A stretch of 63,471 nt of DNA, counting the filler, from Folioceros fuciformis (lineage: Eukaryota): the NCBI GenBank assembly GCA_049999805.1. It is 14 parts of 14 records of this genome, joined end to end, with 100 filler letters (N's around TTAATTAATTAA, not from the genome) between each part and the next. Parts side by side here need not be neighbours in the genome. Positions count along the whole stretch, not along the records: positions 7,609 to 12,203 come from JBNGIO010003048.1; positions 12,304 to 18,868 come from JBNGIO010003049.1; positions 18,969 to 27,579 come from JBNGIO010003050.1; 11 more parts are not named here. One strand, 5' to 3'. Both the position numbers and the translations under genes were made by a program. The number at the start of each line of letters is the position of its first letter. Position 1 is the stretch's first letter. The notes under the pieces were generated by a model that ran no database searches, was not told where the DNA came from, and was given only the letters and a program-made list of their open reading frames with translations. Positions 11,521-23,300 of the stretch are shown here, one piece after another.

Positions 11521-12583
11521 CCTAATCTTCTACATTCATCTTGGTCTGCGTAGCGTGCTTACCAAGCTCAACAAGTAGAGTCGTGTAGTAGTGTGTTGGT
11601 GGCACTGCGCCTTAGCGCTTCCGCCTTGCACTCCTCGTGCACAAGCCCTACAGCGGTGGCATGGCATTAAGGTGCTCTTCTTAACTCTAGCTCATGCTCT
11701 CGGCTAGTAGCCCTCAATTGCTAATCCAATTGGCTAGCCTTCTTAGTTTAGAAGGCAAGAAAGCAATTTTTCCTTGACAACTTGGCCCCCAAACCTGGGC
11801 AAGCTTCCAACCAAGCCCTAAAAAGTGGCATGAGGGAAACCAACTTTTTGAGGGAAAAAATGTCTTTTATAGGGGAAGGGTGAGGGTAAGGGGAAGGGAA
11901 TGGCTTCATGGCTTTTTTTTTTTGTACATATATATTTATGCGTATATTTGTAGATAGAATCTACAAGTTTTAAATGCATGTATCTACAAGCTTTCTGGCG
12001 CCCTTGTGTTTCATGTATCATTTTAGGGTGCTCAATGCCATCTATTACTAAACCCCTTGGATTGGAGGATGTCAAAGCAATGAAGTTTTGGCAAGGGAAC
12101 TCAAGCAATAGAGAAAGGGATGGGAGTTGTATCTAGGAAAGCATCCATGGATTTAATACGATGCTAAGACAAAGATGGTTTGGTATAAAATTTGGAGGCA
12201 ATANNNNNNNNNNNNNNNNNNNNNNNNNNNNNNNNNNNNNNNNNNNNTTAATTAATTAANNNNNNNNNNNNNNNNNNNNNNNNNNNNNNNNNNNNNNNNN
12301 NNNTTTTTAATCAAGTTTAGTCGAACCAACTGCTCCCCGCATAATTCACACAAGAACCTGATCTCCATGATCTAGCTGCTAAAGTAAGGCAATCTTAAGA
12401 TGCTTGCCTCAAGGGGGTCATGCTACCTTTTCAGGACCACAAATCCTGACCAGTGCCTTTTCAATGCCGTACCTCAAGACAGCATGTATAGGCTCTCATT
12501 AGCCTTCAGAGGGAGCACATCAAAGAGGAGCATCACGCTCCATGGGAGATAGCCTCCACCACTGGTCAGGTTACGTTCAGCTT

Positions 12584-12852
12584 AAGAGGGAGTGTTACGG
12601 AATAGATAATCTGCCCGTAACCCTGTTGACTAGCTAGTTACCATAAACTGTAATTAATAGTATTTAATAATTACGAACGGGTGTGCCTCTTTGGAAGAGA
12701 CACCTAGTGACGCTATTTAAGACACACTTTGTATACACTCTTTGGAGACTAACACGAAATATCTCTCTTAGCATTGCATCTTGATCATATTGGACTAGAT
12801 GCAATCCTAATCATGCTAGATTAGATGCAATCCTACTGCTTGGATTTCAACA
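12584..12852 (+). mobile_element. PPT plus putative 3' LTR (~260 bp)
   Basis: AAGAGGGAG is followed directly by TGTTA at 12593. The segment is AT-rich with a TATA-like motif and ends TTCAACA at 12852. Confidence 0.6.
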
Positions 12853-13012
12853 CTCCTTTCAGCTGCTAAGATGGCTAAGACATGGAGCTGAGAGTTGGAG
12901 GCTGGGCCTAGGCCGGAGCCTCCTTCTGGCTGCTGAGGTGGCTGGTACTTGGAGCTGAGCGTGGAGGTTGGAGCTGATGCTAGAGTTTCCCTTCAGCTGC
13001 AGAGGTGGCTGG

Positions 13013-13251
13013 TGTCAGGAATAGATCTACAAGGTCTGACCTAACCCATGTAGCCCTGTTAAGGTTAGGTAAGTGCAGATATATAGGATTAGGTTAGTGC
13101 ATTAGGGAAGGATAGTAGATTGCCTTGACACTATTTTCACTCCCTTGGGAGCGGACCCTAGGACTACAACGACGTTAAGGGTTAATGTGGCCTTTTTAGT
13201 GGTTCTTGGTTGCAAGAATCGCTCCACAGCGGGTTTGATCCCTAGCAACGC
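13013..13251 (+). mobile_element. LTR fragment related to the 3' end of the LTR at 33496-34464
   Basis: Shares CCTTGACACTA..TTCACTCCCTTGGGAGCG..GTGGTTCTTGG..CTCCACA with 34340-34450. Confidence 0.55.
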
Positions 13252-15860
13252 TGTTAAGATAACAAGCCCTGTCATACTTAGGGTTGTATGTATTTAATTT
13301 AGATTAAATATGTTTAGTTAAAGTGAAACAACATGACTCTAGGTCATGAATATTTAAACACATGTTTTGTAAACATTTTGTATTAATTATTTTATTCATT
13401 CAATTTTGGCAACAATTGTTTGCACAACTTTCACAAATGCACACCGCGCTACTCCTGTTGGAAAACAGTGAGTCCCAAGATCAATCTCTGGTTCAATACA
13501 TTTAGATTGATAGCCTATACATACATATATAGCATTCAAGCATGACAATAACTTGATGTGGATAAACAATATCTTGACCATGGTATTATCCTATATATCC
13601 TGGGATATACTTACGACATTCTAGTCTAGATGTGTTGCCACAAAATCCTATGGATTTCTAACACCTCCCACTCAACATATCGACGATCCAACCTATAAGA
13701 CTTACTCAATTAACCCTAACATCTTGCTAAACTTCATATGATTCTCTAAGGGTAGACCTTTGGTAAGAACATCAGCCAACATGTCTTGTGTAAGACAGTA
13801 AGCTAATTTTATTTCTTTAGATTGGACTTTCTCCCTAATGAAGTGATGCTTAACTTCAATGTGTTTCATCCTTGCATGAAAAATAGCATTCTTGGCCAAA
13901 TAAATGCGGCCTTGATTGTCATTGAAGATGAGGGTTGCACCCTTCTGCTTGAATCTCGTCTCTTCGAGCAATCTACGAAGCCATATGGCTTCCACTGTTG
14001 CAGCTGAGGTTGCTATGTACTTTGCTTCTATAGAGGATAGTGCTACTATGGGTTGACGTCTACTACTCCATGAGATGGCTCCCCCAAATAGCATGAAGGC
14101 ATATCCAATGGTAAACTGGCGGGTATCAACGTCTCCAACCCAATCTGAATCACAAAATCCAACAACCTGGGCTTCTTCATTTTGCTTTTGGTAAGTCAAT
14201 TTCCAGTGCTTTGTACCCTGCAAATACATGAAAATTCTCTTGACTACTTGATAATGTTGTTGTTGAGGATTGACCAATAATTGACTCACAATCCCCATTG
14301 CCTTTGCGATGTCTGGCCTTTTTCTTGTTGCCAAATAGGTGAGATAGCCAACGGCACACTTGTAAAGATTTTTGTCTATTTTTTCTGTCACGTTTTTGTT
14401 TGTAGGATTTGCTTCCTTTGATAGTTTCTCGTTGAGGATCATTGGCGTTCTTGTCGGTTTACAATCTTGCATTCCAAAACGCTCCAGTATGTTCTCCACA
14501 TATGTTTGCTGACTTAAGGAGATTACTCTATTGATCCTTTGTCTTTCCACCTTTATTCCTAAGAAATAATGGATCTCGCCCATGTCTCACATATCACTTT
14601 CTTTGAGATTCCTCTTAATTGAGTTTGAAAGTTCCACATCGTTGCTAGCAATGATGAAGTCATCCATGTACACAAGAATGATAACAAAAGATTCTCCCAC
14701 TTGCTTCACATATATATTCCAATAAGCACTAGTTCTCTTGAAATCTTTAGACTGTAAGTGATTATCGAGCTTACGATACCAAGCAAGGGCTCATTGTTTA
14801 AGACCATATAGAACCTTCTGCAGCTTACAAACTTTGACTTCTTGTCCTGGTACCTCAAACCCTTCTGTTTGTTCCATATATATTTCTTCGTATGGGTCAC
14901 CATTCAAAAAAGTGGTTTGGACATCCATATGATGTATCTCCATATTGAAAGCAGCTGCGATAGCGAGAAGGGCTCGGATAGATGCTATCTTAGCAATAGG
15001 AAAGAAAGTGTTGGTATAGTCCACATCGAGGGCTTGTGTATACCCTTTCCCCACTAACCTCGCCTTATATTATTCTATGCCACCATCAGCCTTTCGCTTA
15101 GTCTTGAAGGTCCATTTAGACCCTATGCTTTTCCTTCCAAGAGGTAGAGTAGTGTTTGTCCATGTTCTATTTTTGATAAGTGAGTTATACTCGTTGTCCA
15201 CAGCTTTTCTCCATTCCTTTGCTTTTGGACCTTGTAATGCTTTTGTCAGGCTTTGGGGTTCTTCAATATCTATAAAACATGCTAGCTCCTCCTATACTTA
15301 TCCATTGATAGAGTCTAAAAGCTTTCGTGAAGGTTTCCTTTCTCAAGTTGATCTTCTTAAGATTGGTTGCGTCTCTGGAATACTTAGTTCTGCATTTTCA
15401 TCGTCAATTGTGACAATTCCTAGAGGTGTATTCGCTTCTTCAACTGCAATGACAATAGGAGTGTCTCTCTCTCCCCCCTCTATGTCAGAAAGTTGAGAAG
15501 GTGCAACAGACAATGGGGTAAATTGTCTAGGGCTGTCAAGAGATGTAGAATCCCCGGTGTCGTCTATGTCAGACGACAATGAATCTTGCGAGATAAAGGA
15601 TGAAGAAGTGGGGTCTCCCGTTCCACTAGTAGGTTCAAAAACCTCATGAAAAACAACATCCTTGCTAAAAAATATCTTCTTTGTGGTAGGATAGTATTAT
15701 CAATAACCTTTAACCTCATTGGAATAACCAAACATAAGGCATTTGATGCCTTGTGGATCCCGCTTGGTCCAGTTGGTCTTTGGCACATGAGCATAAACCG
15801 TGGATCCAAAGATCCGTAGATGACTAATGTCAGGAATTATGCCATGTTAGGGTTATTTGG
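13252..15860 (-). mobile_element. Copia 3' half (post-integrase, RT, RNase H, PPT, 412-bp 3' LTR)
   Basis: RT HHMDVQTTFLNG and RNase H FCDSDWVGD...ADVLTKGL. The PPT AGTGGGAGG lies at 13664-13672, and the LTR 13252-13663 has TGTTA...TAACA ends. Confidence 0.9.
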
Positions 15861-15889
15861 GTACCTATGAATAGATTGCTTCTTGGATA

Positions 15890-18294
15890 CCTATGGTGCA
15901 ACGCCAGACAGGTCACTTGGTGAAGTGCTTTAGGACTAATAATGGAGGAGAGTTTATAGGCCAGAAGTTTGATGACCTCTTCCAGCAGTTTGGAATTATT
16001 CGCCAACTCTCCGTGCCCTGCATGCAGCAACAAAATGGTGTGGCTGAGAGGAAAAATCAAACACTTATGGGAATGACTAGATGTATGTTATCCTGTGCAA
16101 GGGCTTCACAAGAGTTACTGGGCAGAAGCAGTTGTGACGGCAACTTACTTGTTGAATAGAGTCGTCACATCTGCTTTACCTAGAAAAACGCCTTATGAAG
16201 CCTTGTGGGGAAGGAAGCCAAGCCTTTCCCATCTCAAGGTCTTTGGGTCACCAACCTTTGCCTTCATACCTGAGGCAAAGCGTAAGAAGTTAGATGACAG
16301 AGCTAAACAGTTAGTATTTGTTGGATACTCAAAGGAATCAAAGGCCTACAAACTGTTTGATCTAGGAACTTCCAAAATAACTCTATCTAGAAGTGCAACT
16401 TTCAAGGAGCTTGTTCTCCCATAGGCTGATGTGGACTCTGGAGGTCCAGGCAGTTCGACTCGTTCCAAATCACTGCTGGACGAGCAATCTCTTACAGACC
16501 CAGTTCACTATCCTCAGTCTAATGGAGAGTCACCACAAGCTGATGATTTTGCAGCTATGGATGGTATCTTAAGTCCTCCTTTGCCAGCTGCTCAGCCTGA
16601 ACAAATTATCCCTCAACAGGTCGTTGCTGATGATTCTTCAGTTAGCGTAGATCATTCCGAGCATGAGGACAAAGAAGATGAATCACTTGCAGATGCTGCT
16701 TACCTTGAATCAGATATGGATGCACATGCTGCAAGTGTTGTCAGCCATAGTTATGCTGGCTCTCTTGGATCTCTTGGTTCGGATGACCCCCTGAATACAG
16801 ATCATACAGTTGAAGAGGGAGCACCTCTTGCCACTGCAGTGGGGGATACCTCTTCTCGATATCCTACTGATGAATGCCGTCCAAGGGTAGAGTGGCAGGA
16901 ACCCCTTTATCAGGCTATTGATTTTCGCAGACCAACAACTCATGTGGCAGATCTGCATGTACCTGAAGTTAGGCCTAATCCTCATAGTTATAAAGAGGCA
17001 CTGGAAGGGCATGATGCTAATCATTGGAGGACTTCAATTGATGATGAATATAACTCGTTGGTGAAGAATAATACTTGGGAACTTGCAGACTTGCCTCCTG
17101 GCCGGAAACCTATCACCTGCAAGTGGGTTTTCAAAACTAAGTTAAAGGCAGGTGGCACAATTGCTGGGTATAAACCACGACTAGTAGCTCGGGGTTTCTC
17201 ACAAATACCTGGAATTGATTATGGAGACACCTTTTCTCTTGTGGTTAAGCCTCCATCTGTTCGGATTATGTTGCCCATGGCTGCTCATTTTGACCTTGAA
17301 CTCCACTAGATGGATGTTTGTACAGCCTTTCTTCATGGGGAACTTGAGGAGGTTTTATATATGGATCAGCCTGAAGGGTTCGTTGATAAACAATTTCCTA
17401 ACAAAGTCTGCAAGTTGTTAAAAACCATTTATGGGCTCAAACAGAGCCCTCGTGCTTGGTACAAAAGGATCATGAAGTTTCTCAAAAAGCATGGCTTTGT
17501 ACAATCTCCAGCAGATTCCAATGTTTTTTACCTCGATTCTGACGGGTTGTTCGTCATTCTTGCTCTTTATGTCGATGATGCAATTTTATTGAGCAATCAC
17601 CCTGAGCAGCTTGACGTAGTGAAAGCCCTTCTTCGGTCTGAGTTTGAAATGACAAATCAGCGACCTCTTGCTTTCTGTCTCGGGATCCAAATTCTCAGGG
17701 ATAGGTCACATGGGACCATCATTTTACACCAAACCAAATACATCAAAGAAATTCTTAAGAGGTTTAATCTGGATTCTGCAAAGCCTATTTTAACACCTAC
17801 AACTGTGGGGGAAAAGCTTACCTCGGCCCAATCACCACATGATGCTATTGATGAGGCTATGATGACTGGAGTCCCGTATGCTGAGGCTGTAGGTTGTTTA
17901 ATTTTTCTAGCCAATTGGACTCGCCTTGATATTTGCAACTCTATTAGTGTGGTCTCACAGTTCATGAAGGCACATGGCAAAGCACATTGGGGTGCTGATA
18001 AACGTATCTATCGCTATCTCCAAGAGACAATGCAATATGGCCTACACTACACCAGAACTAACAAGCTTGAGTTTGACTTATCTGCATTCGCTGATGCTGA
18101 TTGGGCGTCTGATGTGGATACTAGGAAAAGCCTATTAGCTCATGTTTTCTTGTTGGCACAAGGTGCTGTTAACTGGTCTTGTAAGAAGCAGACCTCTCTT
18201 GCACTGTCCTCGACTGAAGCTGAGTATAAGGCCTTGACAGATGCATGTAAGGAGTTAGAATGGGAACGACAATTTCTAGATGCTGTACACTTAC
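15890..18294 (+). mobile_element. Copia integrase-RT-RNase H fragment, degenerate, interrupted by a family A insertion
   Basis: Motifs RTNNGGEF, QQNGVAERKN, HLKVFG, LYVDD, FADADWASD and SSTEAEY. It is cut at 18294 by an LTR. Confidence 0.92.
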
Positions 18295-18868
18295 TGTAGG
18301 GTTATTAAAGCCCAATGTGCCTAGACTAATGTGTTTAGTCTAAGATTAGTGTCTAGTTAAGTATCATTAGTTGAGATTAGCTTAAGCTAATCTCTAGGAA
18401 GCTTCTTGTGCAGCTTCCTGTGGGCTTCTTGTGAAGCTTCCTAGGGAGCTCTTCTAGAGGGTATAAATACCCCCTTGAGCTCCCTTGTACGTGGGACTCT
18501 ATTGTGAGAGTGTGACCTCTCTTTCTCCTCTCCTCCTTGCCTCCTCCTCTCCTCTCCTTCACCATGTAGCTCCTAGAGCGTTCCTTCAAGTGGTATCAGA
18601 GCTTGGGTGTGGAGCAAGGGTGATGGTGCGCTGAGGCTTTGGAGTGATGGCAGCATCGGAGTGAACTGGACCTTGTGCGACACAAAGGAGGAGTACGGGA
18701 CGCTCAGAGCGCCGGTGAAAAGGGGGCACGAGCGTAGAGGGCGATTCGATTCGGCCAGCCCCGGCAGCGGGCGCGAGATCACGACCAGCCCCGGCCGCGG
18801 GCACCGGATGGGGGGCTAGGCCCCGGCCGCGGGCACCGGATGGGGGGCTAGGCCCCGGCCGCGTGCGT
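18295..18868 (+). mobile_element. Copia family A 5' end: 294-bp LTR (18295-18588), PBS (18591-18602), GC-rich leader
   Basis: TGTAGGG...TTCA LTR with TATAAAT at 18462 and PBS TGGTATCAGAGC. A 32-bp GC tandem repeat lies at ~18789-18868. Confidence 0.92.
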
Positions 18869-18968
18869 NNNNNNNNNNNNNNNNNNNNNNNNNNNNNNNN
18901 NNNNNNNNNNNNTTAATTAATTAANNNNNNNNNNNNNNNNNNNNNNNNNNNNNNNNNNNNNNNNNNNN

Positions 18969-19429
18969 ATCCGGCGCCCGTGGCCGGGGCTGGCGGCGAT
19001 TCGGCGCCCTCTACGCCCGTGCCCCGTTTGCACCGGCGCTCCGAGCGTCCTGTGCTCCTCCTAAATGTCGTACAAGGTCCAGTTCAGTCCGATGCTGCCA
19101 TCACTCCAAAGCCTCAGCGCACCATCACCCTTGCTCCACACCCAAGCTCTGATACCACTTGAAGGAACACTCTAGGAGCTACATGGTGAAGGAGAGGATA
19201 GGAGGAGGCAAGGAGGAGAAGAAAGAGAGGTCACACTCTCACAATAGAGTCACACAAGAAAGGGAGCTCAAGGGGGTATTTATACCGTCTAGAAGAGCTC
19301 CCTAGGAAGCTTCACAAGAAGCGCACAGGAAGCTGCGCAAGAAGCTTCCTAAAATAATGGTACTTAACTAGACACTAATCTTAGACTAAACACATTAGTC
19401 TAGGCACATTGGGCTTTAATAACCCTACA
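18969..19429 (-). mobile_element. Copia family A 5' end, second insertion: 270-bp LTR (19160-19429), PBS 19146-19157
   Basis: Reverse-complement match to 18295-18780 with a different flanking sequence. Confidence 0.92.
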
Positions 19430-20313
19430 CCATACAACTAGACCTTGAACCAGATCAGCATTTGGAAATACCTGAAGTCCTATATGTACCAGGACTAGCC
19501 AAGAATCTCGTCTCTGTGAGAAAAATTGATGAATTTGGCTATTTCATCTGCTTTGGTGGTCGCAAGTGTGTTGTGGAGACACCTGATGGAATGTTGATGG
19601 CCACTGGAGATTTACAAGCTGATGAACTATACCACCTTGATGTCAAGAAGGACCAGGCAAACTCTGCCACATCATTAGCTCATATGGTTAGGCCCTCACT
19701 CACATATCTGTGGCACCTGAGGCTAGGACATCTCAACTTCTAGAAACTTCACCACTGTGCATCTTTTCTAACTGAACCAACTGAGAGAGCAACCAGGGTG
19801 CTTGGGCTGGTGCAAAGTGACCTTTGTGGGCCTCTTCCCACTTCTCTTGGAGGCAAAAACTACTTCATCACATTTATTGATGACTTCTCTTGATTCACCG
19901 TCGTATGTAACATGAGGCTCAAGTCCTCCACCTTGGAGTGCTTCAATGAATACAAGGCATGGGCAGAGAAACAAATTGAGCAGACCTTGTAGACCTTGTG
20001 TACAGATAACGGAGGTGAGTACATTTTCGGAGAATTCCAAGCCTTTTGCACCCAGCATGGAATTGCTAGACAGCTTACCAATGCAAGGACTCCTCAGCAA
20101 AATGGAGTTGCAGAAAACAAAAACACAGCATTGGAAACTTCAACGTCTAGCATGCTAGCATATGCAAATTTACCTAAATGCTATTGGGCGGAAGCCGTGG
20201 CTTATGCCACATATATTCAAAATTGAATTGAACACTCAGCTGTCAAGGGCAAGACTCCATTTGAAGTCTTGACCAGAACCAAGCCTGATATCTCACATAT
20301 GCGAGTTTTTGGG
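19430..20313 (+). mobile_element. Copia protease-end, GAG-pre-integrase and integrase fragment
   Basis: Motifs VLYVPGLAKNLVSV, LWHLRLGH, TDNGGEY, TPQQNGVAE and HMRVFG. Confidence 0.88.
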
Positions 20314-23300
20314 TAATCCTTGCCTAGCTTTAGACAATGTGCTGAAATGGATTTCCTGCTGTCCGTGTCTGATGCCCAATCGGCATCACAGAAACAGGTT
20401 AGCAAAAGTCTTTCAGGCCTCTTGGTGTACATGAGTCCCATGTTTGGGGTCCCTCCCAAATAGCGGAGAATACGTTGTGCAGCATGCCAGTGAGCTGTTC
20501 CATAATTACTCAGGAACTAGGATGTGATGCCGATAGAGTGTGCTAACTCCGATCTCGTCCAGTTTCGGAAATATATGCATACTCCCACTGCCAACATGTA
20601 CGGTATTTTCTCCATCTCTAGCCTTACTTGTTATGTTTTAGGACACTACTCAAGGGACAACTTGTCTCCCACTACCATAGGAGTTGCAGCAGGTTTTGCA
20701 TTTTCCAGTCTAAACCTTGCTAGCACTTGCCTGACAAACTGAGCCCGGTGCAGGAAAATGTTGTGTCTTGACAGATTCTGGACGATCTGTATGCCTAGGA
20801 AGAATGTCAGCTGTCCAAGTTCAGACATGTCAAACTCGGCAGTCAGGAAACCTTTGACTCTAGCCATGAGCTGAGGGCGGCTAGCAACTATGACGGCATC
20901 GTCCACATACAAAGCTAAGTAAACGACCCCACTTTTATCATGTAGCATATAGACATTGCTATTGGCTTCACTATGAACAAAGCCACAACTTCTCAAATAG
21001 TTGTCTATGCGATTATACCACTCACGTGGTGATTGTTTGAGACCGTAAATGGTTTTTACCAGTCTGCAAACCTTGTTGGGGTGTTTTGTGTTGATGTAGC
21101 CCTCAGGCTGTCTCATGTAGATATTTTCCTCAAGCTTGCCATTAAGAAACGGCGGCTTGACGTCCATGTGCTGCAGGTTGTAGTCATACTAGGCAGCTAA
21201 AGCAAGCAAGGTGCGGATGGAGGTAGCTCGGACTACGGGGAGAATGTCTCCGTGTAGTCCAGCCCTTCGACTTGGCTGTAGCCTTTCGCCACCAATCTGG
21301 CTTTATAGCGTGCTACTGATCCATCTGGGTTCAACTTTTTCTTGAAGACCCACTTGCACATTATTGCTTTCCTTTCAGGAGGTAGGTCTTCGAGGACCCA
21401 AGTCTTGTTGTCAACCAATGACTTGTACTCTTAATTTATTCCTTCCATCCACTGCTTGCCTTTTGTTGGATGATTGATTGCTTCTTGGCAAGAAAGAGGC
21501 TCGCTCATGTCAAGTGGTGTGCTCCCATCGTGAACCATGAAGGTGGCAGGTGAGAATGGTGGCTGCAGCCATTCCGACCGTGATGACGTCCGCCTCCTTG
21601 TGCCAAGGTCTGTCCCTCGTCGTAGGGTTTCTGAAGGAGCTGCAGCATCTTCTTGTGGTGAAACATCAGAGGGACCAGGTGAGTCAGCACGGTCCAGATC
21701 CTCTTGCATTTGTTCAGCTGTTTCTGCTGACCCAATTGGCTGTCCATCCAGGTCATCTCTTAGGAAAGTGCTGAGCTCATCAGGCGGTGGAGGTGGTGTG
21801 ACAGGGACAGCTGGCTGAGAAGCTATAGGTAGGTATGGCTGTGACCCAAGTTCTTCTACAGATGGCTGATTGTAGGTCTCACTAGAGGACATCTCTTCTA
21901 CTGACTTATTAGTGGGATGCAGAAGGATGTGCTCATTGGAAATGACACTACGAGCATGTGTGATGAATCTAGTGTCTGGGTCAAACAACTTGTAGCCTTT
22001 TATACCTTCAGTGTACCCTATGAAGACAAACTTGTGGGCTTTGTAGTCTAGTTTAACCCTTTGATATTCTGAGAGATGTGCATATGCTGGGCACCCGAAG
22101 ATTCTAAGGTGATTAATTCTTGGTTTATGTGATGTCCATCTCTCAAATGGGGTGGTTCCCTTGGACACACTTGTGGGCAGTCTGTTGATCACATAGACTG
22201 CTATAGAGACTGCCTCTCCCCAGTAACCACGTGACAGGCCTGACAATTTCAGCATGGACTTTGCAGTCTCCTGTAGGCATCGATTGGTCAGTTCAACAAT
22301 TGGATTCTGTGAAGATGTGTAAGGTACGGTAAGTTGCCTTAATATCCCCAGCTCTTTGCAGTAATCCATAAATGCCTCTGAACAGTACTCCCCTCCATTG
22401 TCGCTGCCCAGGATTTTTATGAGCTCCCCAGTCTGGTGTTGGGCGAAGCTCACGTACTCTTAGAAGCAGCCCAAAGTCTGGCTCTTCAGCTTAAGAAGGT
22501 ACACGACCACATACCTGCTCCAGCCGTTAATAAATGTAAGAATGTATTTAGCCCCGCCGAAGGTGTTTGTGGACATGGGACCACATATGTCTGAGTGCAC
22601 AAGCTCCAGTATCTTGTTGGCTCTTGTAGGATTAGCATCTATGAATGGCTGGCTGTGATGTTTGCCGAAAATGTAGGCCTCACAGAACCGTTTGTCGGCA
22701 CACTACAGCACAAACTTTTCTCGGTACAGGTTGTTGGCATTCACCATGTCCTTCAGCTTGTCAAAATTTACATGACCAAGTTGGTAGTGCCAAAGCATGG
22801 CATCTTGTTTTTGGAGGTCAGCTTGACTGACATTGACGAGTGGCTGACACAGCTTAGAGGCAAAGTCTAGCTTATAGATGTCATTAATAGGTGTTCCTAC
22901 AGCTTTGACCTTGTTGTTTGACTTAGGGTCTGTAATGATGCAGGTGTCGCCATTGAAGAAGATATTTAGCTATGTGTGTTTGGAAAATCTGAGAAGAGCC
23001 ACTAAGTTCTTTACGACACATGGGACATGAAGGACGTCCCGAAGCTGTATGGTAGTTTTATCTTGCAGCAGCACTGCTACTATTCCCATCCCAACTATGG
23101 GGCATGCTCTCTCATCTCCCATAAGCACAATCTGACTAGGTGGTAGTTTTGTGTATTCACTGAAGGCTTCCTTAGTGTGACAGCAGTGTGCAGAGGCTCT
23201 TGAATCTAGGAACCATGCATCTCTGTCTAATTTTGATGACACTAAACACACAACTAGCAAGGTGTTGGACTTACGTTGTGCGATGTTCATCTCTGCAGGT

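Noticed and set aside
18295-19429. One element with long terminal inverted repeats spanning the gap
   Set aside because: Both sides are 5' LTR plus PBS of family A with different flanks and sequence differences, on separate contigs.
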